A stretch of 64,000 nucleotides of DNA from Okamejei kenojei (taxonomy: Eukaryota), in contig CM069165.1 of the NCBI GenBank assembly GCA_035221665.1, forward strand, positions 22,940,001 to 23,004,000, read 5' to 3'. Numbering within the stretch: position 1 is the stretch's first letter; each line of letters starts with the position of its first letter. The translations under genes were made by a program, and so were the position numbers. Of the stretch, positions 49,330 through 59,900 are shown in pieces. Below the pieces are notes generated by a model that was not told the DNA's origin, did no database searches, and saw only the letters and a program-made list of their open reading frames with translations.

Positions 49330-50367
49330 TTGCGTATTGTTTTGGTCTCCTAATTTGAGGAAGGACATGGGACCCATATACAAATATAAATATTTCTTCC
49401 ATCAAACGTGTCCAAAGACAGGCAGCTCGATTTGTTACTAACACCTATGAGAGAGAAGTGAATGTTACCAAACTTCTGAATTCTCTGGGGTGGAACCCTC
49501 TCCATGACAGACGTGAAGCTCACCGTTTGACCTGTTTTTACAAAATGTTAAATGGTCAGCTCGATATAGATTACAAGACCTACACCAAACCCAAACCAAT
49601 TACGAGCAGACGAGGGCATTCGATCCAATTTGAGATACCAGCTACCAAGACAGATGTGTACAGCAAGACAGATGTGTACAGCAGTTCCCCCACACAATTA
49701 AAGCATGGAATAATCTCCACCCTACTATAGTTACCCAACCAGATACAACTAAATTTAAGGTAGCTCTTTCTTCCCAAAAACCCTTTCTGGCTTAAGTCCT
49801 CCCTCCACCACGTCCAGTTTAAATTCCAATTGGAATATTTTGGAGGACCAAGAAACCAAGACATCCTTGTGATTGAGGCAGTGCAGCGTAGTTTCACGAG
49901 ATTGATCCCTGAGATGACAGGACTGTCATATGAGGAAAGATTGAAAAGACTAGGCTTGTATTCACTGGCGTTTAGAAGGATGAGGGGAGGTTCTTATAAA
50001 AACATATAAAATTATAAAAGGACTGGACAAGCTAGATGTTCCCAATGTTGGGCGAGTCCAGAACCAGGGGCCACAGTCTTAGAATAAAGGGGAGGCCATT
50101 TATGACTGAGGTGAGAAAAAACTTTTTCACTCGGAGAGTTGTGAATTTGTGAAATTCCCTGCCACAGAGGACAGTGGAGGCCAAATCACTGGATGGATTT
50201 AAGAGAGAGTTAGATAGAGCTCTAGGGGTTAGTGGAATCAAGAAATATGGGGAGAAGGCAGGCACGGGTTATTGATTGGGGACGATCGGCTATGATCGCA
50301 ACGAATGGCGGTACTGGCTCGAAGGGCCGAATGGCCTACCCCAGCAACTATTTTCTATGTTTCTATG
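49330..50367 (+). mobile_element. CR1 LINE 3' fragment interrupted by a second LINE
   Basis: tggtctcctaatttgaggaaggacat | insertion | gacatccttgtgattgaggcagtgcagcgtag..YEERLKRLGLYSL..; ends ttctatgtttctatg. Confidence 0.8.
49348..49862 (+). mobile_element. 5'-truncated LINE of the L2/CR1 group, distinct from the host CR1, nested in CR1
   Basis: WDPYT..IKRVQRQAARFVTNTYERE..VTKLLNSLGWNPLHDRREAHRLTCFYKM..RRGH; tail ccaagaaaccaag. Confidence 0.75.
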
Positions 50368-50693
50368 TAAGATAGGCACACAGATGCTGGAGTAACTCAG
50401 TGGGATGGGCAACATCTCTGGAATTCCTTCTCTCCACAGATGCTGCCTCTCCTGCTGAGCTACTCCAGCATTTTGTGTAAATGACCTGTGCGAGGTAACC
50501 ACAGATGAGGTGTTTGCGCAGGAATCAGCCAGAGCCAGAAACCAGAACCTGCAATTCCTTCCTACAACACATCCCATTCCCACGCTGACCTTTCTGTCCT
50601 GGGCCTCCCCCACTGTCAGAGTGAGGCCCAGCGCAAACAGCACCTCATATTTCTCTTCGGCCCAGAGGTATGATTATTGACCTCTAACTTCAA

Positions 50694-50900
50694 GTGGCGC
50701 AGCGGAAGAGCTGCTGCCTTACAGCAAATGCAGCGCCAGAGACCCGGGTTCGATCCCGACTATGGGTGCAGTCTATACGGATTTTGTACCCCATCCCCGT
50801 GACCTGCGGGTTTTCTACGAGATCTTCAATTTCCTCCCACACTCCAAAGACTTACAGATTTGTAGGTAAAATAAAGTGTCTGGTTAATTGTCCAACTTCC
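50694..50900 (+). mobile_element. tRNA-derived V-SINE (HE1-like), 3'-truncated
   Basis: gtggcgcagcggaagagctgctgccttacagc..gggttcgatcccgac..cccacactccaaagac. Confidence 0.8.
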
Positions 50901-53879
50901 AGTATAGTCTATCTCCAGCCCTCTCCTGTTCCAGTTTACTTTATAGCAGGAATGAAAACTTCCAATTAGTACGGACTGCAAAATAAATGAAGTGGAATTT
51001 AAATATTGACGCGGATGTTTAAACACCTAGTCCAGTTTACCGACCATTCTGACAGTCCACCTGATTAAATTTTATCTCTGTACCAGTCCCTGGTGGACTC
51101 TTCCGAAGTTACAAGTAACCCTAGCTTTCTCCCCCTCTCCATCCCTCTCTCTCCTGTTCCAGTTTACTTTATAGCAGGAACGAAAGCTTCCAATTAGTAT
51201 GGACTGTAAAATAAATTAAGCACAATTTAAATATTGACACGGATGTTTAAACACCTCTTCCAGTTTTCCAACCATTCTGACTGTCCCCCTGATTAAATTC
51301 TATCTCTGTATGCTTCGTTGTCAACTTGTCCTAGCTAACAATGATCTATTCTACATTTTCCGTGAACTGCATCTTTTTTGATATCTTGTTTTCACACCTT
51401 ACACTTCCTTATCTCTGCATCTCCCTCTCCCCTAACTCTCAGTCTGAAGAAGTGTCTCAACCCGAAACGTGATCCATTCCTTCTATCCCCAGATGCTGCC
51501 TGTCCTGCTGAGTTACTCCAGTATTTTGTGTCTCTCTCCGCTATAGGATGTGACCTCCAACCATCAAGGGGCGCTGTAACCACATCACCTGCACCAATGA
51601 ATCTAATGATCCCCATTTCTCCTTAAAATATAATCCTGCAAACCATTAAATCTCCGAAGATAAACACAAAATGTTGGAGTAATTCAGCAGGACAGGCAGC
51701 ATCTGGGGATAGAAGGAATGAATTACGTTTTTAAAACGAGTTCAGTGATTTGGTTTCCACAGCCCTGTGGGGTAGACATTTCCAAGGTTTATCCTCATCT
51801 GGTTCCTAAACAACTTAACATGAATCCTGAGACTATGATCTGTGGTTCTGGATTCTAAACCATTTTATGGAAGGCCACTTTACAATGTGGCAGAGTGCCA
51901 AAATACAAAATGTATCTGAAATGCAATACTTTAAAAAATAATATTTTCTATGCTTATCCTTGAATGATGTCATTGATTGATGTTTGATAGATTGCCCTCC
52001 ACCTAACGTGTCTGAGATATTTGGTCCATCCATTATGTGGAAGATGCAAGACTGCAAAGTGATTGATTTGGGGCGGCAAGGAGTTTCCACCAAGGAGCTG
52101 TTGGCATCTGGCCCCAATTCCAAAGGCACAAAGGGCAGAGCCTGAAGACTGTGTCACAATGGGACCACTTTTTTTTTCAATTCATGGAGCTTCTGCCCAA
52201 TCTGCAGATCATCTTCAGCAACATCATGGAAAATCTGGTCATCCCCTACAATGGAAGCAGTGGCCTGCGTAGAATAATGGGAATAAACTATTAAAGAAGG
52301 TGGGCAGGAGTTACAACAAAGATTATGGATTGGTATTGTCTAATCAATAGGATTACAGATAACAAAATCAGTGGCACCAACCGCCATATGGAGAGAACAT
52401 ACAGAATGTTTAGCCATAGCCAAACTAGAGCCTCTTTGGAAAGTAACATCACACATGCATCTTCCTTTTAAGAAGGAACAGCAGATGCTGGAAAATCGAA
52501 GGTAGACAAAAATGCTGGAGAAACTCAGCGGGTGAGGCAGCACCTATGGAGCGAAGGAAGTAGGCAACATTTCGGGCCGAAACCCTTCTTCAGACTCTTC
52601 TGTACCCTTCTTCAGTCTCTTCCGTACCTGATTTGTATGTGCTGAAATTCTACACTTCTTCTCTCTCCCTTCCTTTTCCTGCTGTACTGTTCTTGAAAGT
52701 TGTGTCAGGGCAGCATAGTCTAAAATTGTTACTTGTGAAGACTGACTATCAATTTAACAAAGCATTCTTATTTTTATGGATTGAGAGAAACAATTGTAAA
52801 ATATCTGTTTTTGAGCTGTTTTATTTTTTTCTCTTATTTTTGTAGAACTGCTGCATTTACGGTTCTGGCACGAATTTGACAGAATGATAAAGGCAACTGT
52901 GCACACTGACTACAGATTTGAAACTTGCAACATGCTCCATTTCCATTAATGTCAGAAGTCTAATTGAAATTCACAATGTTAAATAATGCTATAACTAGAA
53001 AGGTATGCTTCCACAGCTTTCCTTATATTAGGTACCAGTAGGAATAATTTACCAGTGGAATGACGTAATTCAGCAAAACTCAACAAAATGAAGCTAAATG
53101 CTGGTGTTTTTAAAATGTCTGAAATACTTGGAGCAAGTATCCAAGAAAACCAGAGTGTTTTGTTTTTAAGTGATGTGGGTGTTTAAGCAAGGTGTCAATG
53201 GGACTAGGTCAGCTGGACATCTTGGGTCAGCATAAATGAGTTGAGTTCTGAAGGGCCTGTTTCTGTATAATTCGATGACAGACCACTGCATCTATTCAGT
53301 CACATCCTTTAAGCCAAAAGTCTGTAGCCTTCTTTTATTTCATTCTTCACATGTTTAAATCATGTTTTATTTTTAATTTACCATATATCGTGTTATTACT
53401 TGCGAGCAAAGCACCAAGGCAAATTCCTTGTATGTATATATACTTTAATAATTTATTCAATTTAATTTAATTTAAGTAGGAGGTGACGAGTCAGTTATTG
53501 AACAATTTGGCCCTGACTGAAGATACTCCTACTGTTTTGGTTAGGGTATTGCAGAATTTATAACTCAGAGCTGTAAGGAGAATTGTTTTTAATTTGCACC
53601 AACATATTTTCACCAAGAGACTTGGGGGGTGGGGAAGCTTAGTGATTAATTTCATTTCTGAGTTCTTCTGAGCCAAGCCACCAAAGGCAGGTGAGATATT
53701 ACCCGATTGTACCACTGCCCCTGCCTGTCTACTTTCTCTTGTTTAATGTCTACAGGGTTGGATGTACTTGGGGTATAACTCGATTCTCTCTCCGACAGCT
53801 TATGTTACTCTTTGAGCGCCCAGAATAGATTGACTAGGTTTAGTCAAATTCTACAAGCTGAATTTGAAAATCAGAAGTG

Positions 53880-53962
53880 ATGCATTTCTTTTTGAGGAAT
53901 TTCAACACACCGGCACTGCAGTTATCCTGCAGAATGGTTTCAAATTATGTCAATCGGATCCG
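53880..53962 (+). CDS. NUDT13: NUDT13 first coding exon (83 coding nt; likely mitochondrial targeting peptide)
   Basis: ATG CAT TTC TTT TTG AGG...ATC CG|gtaagt = [28 protein letters not shown]; Arg-rich with no acidic residues; phase fits the next exon. Confidence 0.82.
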
Positions 53963-56900
53963 GTAAGTTTTATGTACTAGTGCATCTATTCAGTCACGTC
54001 GTGTACTAACGACTGGCCCCTTCAAGTTTGAGCCATACAAAATATGGAACATCATTCTTTGACTAAAAATAATGTTCCATATTTTGTATAGTTCTGCATA
54101 TCAAGCAAAGTACATGGCAGATGCAAATTAAAATTGATAACACTAAGGTATCAAAACTGTCATTGCCAATTTCAAGAGATTTCCATTTGCCACTCAGGAA
54201 AAACTTCCATTTGTGCAATGAATGTGTGGTGTTTGCATACTCTCTCTGTGACCTTGTGAGTTTCCCCCAGCTGCTTTGGTTTCCTTCCACATTTCTAGGA
54301 CATACCAGAAAGTCAAATGGCTATTGTAGATTAACTCTTGTGTAGCTGGGATGTCAAAAAAAGTTGGACACGTGTGAGAGAATATGTGTATAATTCCATG
54401 AGTCAATGCGGATCCAATGGTCCAATTGGATTTCTCAGTTATAATGAGTAAGAATCTCCTCTTACTATTAAATAATTATTCATTGCCATACAATTTCACA
54501 CAGGACACTTAAAACCCTCAGAAGGAAACAAATTTAATCATGACCCTTTTGTGCACCTGATATCTGAGGAAGGACGTGCTGGCCCTGGAGAGGGTCCAGA
54601 GGAGGTTTACAAGAATGATCCCAGGAATGAGTGGGTTAACTTATGATAAACGTTTGACGGCACTTGGCCTGTACTCGCTGGAGCTTAGAAGAATGAGGAG
54701 GGGACCTCATTGAAACATCCTGAATACTGAAAGGCTTGGTTGGATAGAGTGGATGTGGAGAGGATGTTTCCACTAGTGTGGGATTTTAGGATTAGAGGTC
54801 ATAGCCTCAGAATTAAAGGACGTTCCTTTAGGAAAGAGGTGAGAGAGAATTTATTTAGTCAGTGTGGTGAATCTATGGAATTCCTTGCCGCAGAAGGCTG
54901 TGGAGGCTAAGTCAATGGATATTTTTAAAGCAGAGATAGATAGATTCTTGATTAGTACGGGTGTCGGGGTTATAGGGAGAAGGCAGGAGAAGGGGGTTAG
55001 GCGGGAGAGATAGATCAGCCATGATTGAATGGTGGAGTAGACTTGATGTGCCAAATGGCCTAATTCTACTCCTATCACTTGTGACCCCCTGAAATTTTGA
55101 CGCTCGTTGCTATGTGAAGCATCATTGGGCTAATTTGTTGCTCCGCTGCGACTTGGTTACAATGAAGTCAAAATTCTGCATCACTTGATGCAGGGTTTTG
55201 TCCTGAAACGCCAAACATTTCTTTGAACTCACAGATAAGGTTTGACTCACTGAGTTCTTCCAGCAGATTGTTGCTTTTTAAGCTTGCAAACCTTCAAATA
55301 ATGGTTCATTGCGCAGTATATCAGAGAGCAGTAGGAAATATTAGCATCTGATAGTCTGCATGTTTGCTACTTCACATCAGTAAAGATGGAAGAAATGATG
55401 TAGATCACGTTTACATGAAATATCTGTCATTTTTCACTGTGTTGCAGCCACCTCTCTGAGCTGAAAGAGGATGATGAAGCCTGCAGCAAGGCTCTCAGCT
55501 CCGGAACCTTCCTGCTCTTTCATGATCTCTTGCCACTTGTGCAGAAGATTGAGAACAAGTACACAACACCATTCGTGACTGCAGCAGGTATAAATGCTGG
55601 AGAAACTCCTAGCAGACACCTAGGAGCTGCAGAAGCTGAAAATAGATGTCCCAGGGATCACCAACTGAATGAATATCTCAACTTAAGCATGAGCCACATC
55701 TACTTTGGTTGAAACGTTTCAATAAGTTGGTTATTTATCTTGTTCTGAAGAAGAGAGCAGTCTTCCTAATTTTTTCGTGTTCTCCATTTAGGTTATTCCC
55801 CTCCGACAATAATGTCTTTTTGGATACCAATTTGCATATTGATTATAATTACTTGAAAAAAAATACTTCCAAACAGTTCTGCTGTTTATTTAGTAATGTT
55901 GATTATGATAAGAGGAGTCCAGAGGCCATACACAAATACATCAACTCTCAAATGCACCATAAAGTTTATTTCTCTGCTGGATCGACCATACTGACCGGAT
56001 ATTCATTGACAAATTCTTGCACTTTGCAATGCGGGAATGAAGCAGGAAAAAGCTTGATCCTCTTTTCAATGACAATGTGACTGTCCCATGATTTATCTGC
56101 ACTCTGGGTTGAGCACCTTGAAACCTTGTCTCCTTCCAGTGTAGCTAACAAACTGATGTGTGTCTGAAGAAGGTTCTCGACCCGAAAGGTCACCCATTCC
56201 TTCTCTCCAGAGATGCTGAGTCACACCAGCTTTTTGAGTCTATCTTTAGTTTAAACCAGCATCTGCAGTTCCTTCCTACACAAACTGATGTGTTAAAGCA
56301 GATTACCTTCTGTTCCAGAGCTTAAGAAGCTGGACCTGGCAGAAAAGTGGACAGAGGAATCAGTGCTAATTGACTGCACAGAGAGTCTTGTGCCACAGTT
56401 TGCACTTGATATAGGTAAGATTATTATCAAAGGTCTGCACACAACTTGATGCAACTATCTTACAAAATATTACAATGTACGTCTTTGTTGGACTATCATA
56501 CACGCATGTATATAGTTTAATGCATATAAAGATTTACACTGAGAAACATATTTTATGAACTCCCTCATACATATTGTGATAATGCATGCAATGTGTATTG
56601 CCTGATAGGATAAACCACTTTGTTCATTTAAAATTAAGCAAGACGATTTCTTTCCCTTTACATTCTTGCATTCTTAAGACACGGCAAAGCATTTTAGCAC
56701 CACTGAAATATTTTAAGCTTGTTAAAAAGAGGCTTTGGGTATATGGATGAGCGAAATGAGTGGTGAGGACATAACTGATGGATTGTAAGGTAGAAAAATG
56801 TGGTCATCTACTTTGTTTTAAACAAAAGGAAAAGCAGAGTATTTTAAAAAGACGAGGAAGTGATAGGTGTTCATGATCGCTGAGACAGAGCAATGATAGA

Positions 56901-59900
56901 GCAATTAGTTGCCTCTTGAGTATGTAAGCTACCCTTGTACTCAAATCCTCATTCAATAAATGGCAGCCTACCATTAGCCTTTCTTCTCGCTACCTGTGCC
57001 TGCGTGTTAACTTATAGTGATTTGTATACAGAGCTAATTGCAAATTATATAGGACTGTAGTGAGAGCCTGCACCTGGAATGTTGTGTACTGGTTTGGTTT
57101 TCCCACCCAAAGAAGCGAATACTTGCCATAGAGGGAGTGCAAAAAAAGTTCACCAGATTGTTTCTATTGCCACAGGGAGGCCACATGCAAACTGGAGGAG
57201 CAACACTCCAATTCCGCTTTGGTAGCTTACAACCCAACGTTCATTGAATTTTCCAGTTTTAGGTAACTACATAGCCCTCCCCCTCTCCTGTCTTCCCCCA
57301 TATAACTCCCCTTCCCCCTCCCCCCAACTTCCCCTGCACCCCACATGGACTCCCCTTCCACAATTCACAACTCTTCAATCCTTTTGTTTCTTCACCTATA
57401 TTTTCCTCTCTAGCCTATGTCCAACCATCTGCCTGTCAAATGACCCTACTCACAATAGTCAGCCTATTACATGCCAGGCTTTCACCTGCCCCATCTCTCT
57501 TCCAACTTCCTCCCCCTTCACGCAACCACCCCCACACATAATCAGTCTGAAGAAGGGTCCTGACCCAAAACGCTATCTATTCACATTCTCCTGAGATGCT
57601 GCCTGACCAACGAAGTTCCTTCAGCATCCTGCCTTATTTTGCAAACCAGCATCAGCATCCTGGTTTCTTCATTCCCAGATTAATAGATTTATCATATCAG
57701 ATGGGGATAAAGCAGATGCGGCAAAAATTCTCCAAACTTTAGAATAATGAGAGGTGATTTTATTGAAAAAGTACACAATTCTCATTACGTAACGCAGGAT
57801 AGATGCACAGATGTTATTTCACTTGCCTGGAGTGCCTAGAATCAGGGGTCACAGTGTCATGGTGAGAGCAGTCACTTAGGATTGAGAGATTGACATTTCC
57901 TCACTGTGGGGTGGGGGGGTGGTGGGTAAATCTTTGTAATTCCCCATTGACGAGGTCTGTGGAAGCTGAGTCATCTGGTATATTCAAGACAGAGATTGAC
58001 AGATTTTGGGATGTTATGGGAATCCAGGGATATGGGCTCAGTGCTGGAAAGTTGCATCGAGCTGTGATCGTTGGATGGTGGACGGGCCAAATGATTTTCT
58101 CCTGCTCCCGCTTCTTGTGCTCTGACAATGTTCTAACCTGTCTGTTCTACAAGGAAAATCTGAAAAGGCCCGGGCAGAATTGCTTCTGAAGGGAAAGTTT
58201 CTTGCATTTCAGAAAGCTTGTACCATCATAGACAGAAATGATATATCCCTTATATCTCAGGTAAGAGCAAAACTTCAACAAGTATTAAAAATTTAGAAAC
58301 ATTTCTCTCTTATTGTTTCCAAGCCAATGTCAGATTTAGATAGTTTTGATGTCTAGCTGAAACAGAAAGGCATGGTGGAGAAGAGGAGGTGGATGCGCTT
58401 CCTCACAGTGTGTATTAACGCAGTGTGTTGTATATTTTTAGGTACAATATTATTATACTTCTCAGAGTTAGGTTGCTTTCAGAACTTTATTAAAAACTGA
58501 AATGGCAGAATCATTACAGTTTTAATTTGACGTCGGGCTCTGCTCTGAGAATCTGGTGTATCTTATCCGAAACAGTTCTGATTCAGAGGCAAGACTTCAT
58601 TTATTGAGCCGAGTGTTTACTTCACTCTATAACTCACCGTGGCTGAACAGCCAGTTTATTTATTAAATAGGATTTGTTTTTTTTGTATTGCTGCGGATTG
58701 CATTTAGCACAAATTGGAAAAATCTAAATTAATGCAAGTTCAATCGAATCAAATACTAGAGGGTGTAGCTTTAAGGTGAGAGGGACAAAGTTTAAAGGAG
58801 ATGTGTGGGGCAGGTTTTTAACAGTGTGGTAAATACCTGAAATGCACTGGTTGAAAGAAATACATTAGTGCCATTTAAAAGACTTTTGAAAAGGCGTATG
58901 GTCAGGGAGGGAATGGAGAGATATGGCTTATGTGCAAGTGGGTAAGTGATGGCTTTGGTATCATTTATGGCACAGACATTGTGGGCCGAGGGCCTGTTCA
59001 TGTGCTGTACTGTGTTCCAACGGTTGCATCCACACCCTATCTCTAAACTAATGACTTTGAACATAACTATGAATTGAGAAGTGCATTTAAAAAAAAATTC
59101 TGGTAAATCCTGATGATTATTTTTCCTTTGCTGGCCTTTGCAGTTGAATGGTGAAAAAGGATTGCAAAGGTACAAAGGATTTTAACAATTTATATTTAAG
59201 ATCGATATTCTCGAGTTTGTATTTTGTCTTCTGAGCTTTATATTTTGGATCAGACTACTTGTGGAGAATATGTGACACAATAATGTGATGTATTTAGGCA
59301 CAGGCTCTTCTTCGCTGGCACAGCACACACCTCTACTGCAGCAGAACTGGAAAACCGACACAGAAAAATGTATCCGGCAGCAAACGAGTCTGTGGCAATG
59401 ATGAAATAGCCTATTATCCACAGGTAATCATTGTGACAGACACAAAATGCTAGAGTAACTCAGCGGGACAAGCAGCATCTCTGGAGAGAAGGAATGGGTG
59501 ACGTTTTGGGTCAAGATCCTTCTTCAGACAAGTCTCAGCCCAAAACGTCACCATCCTTCTCTCCAGATATTCTGCCTGTCCCGCTGACTTAGTCCAGCAT
59601 TTTGTGTCTATCTTCAGTGTAAACCAGCATATGCAGTTACCTTCCTACATACGGTAATCTTTGTGGATGGCTCTGATTAGCTCACAGCTAACTTTATATT
59701 TCATAGCTTATTTATTGCATTTGAATGGTCCCCCTACCTAAGGAGAGATATTCTTCTGATTGAGGTTTACCAGATTGATTCCAGCTACAATATGTTTGTC
59801 ACCTGAGGATAGGTTGAGCAGACTTGACCCATACCCTCTTGAATTTGCGATCTCATTGAAATATACAAGATTGTCAGATAGAATAATGCCGTCCTGATGT

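Noticed and set aside
51559-51576. Single CTCF-like motif ccatcaaggggcgctg
   Set aside because: An isolated match with core mismatches between repeat fragments; expected by chance.
52846-53755. Possible extra NUDT13 5'UTR exons (acceptor 52845 / donor 53002; donor 53690 / acceptor 53755)
   Set aside because: Splice-like signals are present, but non-coding exons cannot be supported without transcript data.
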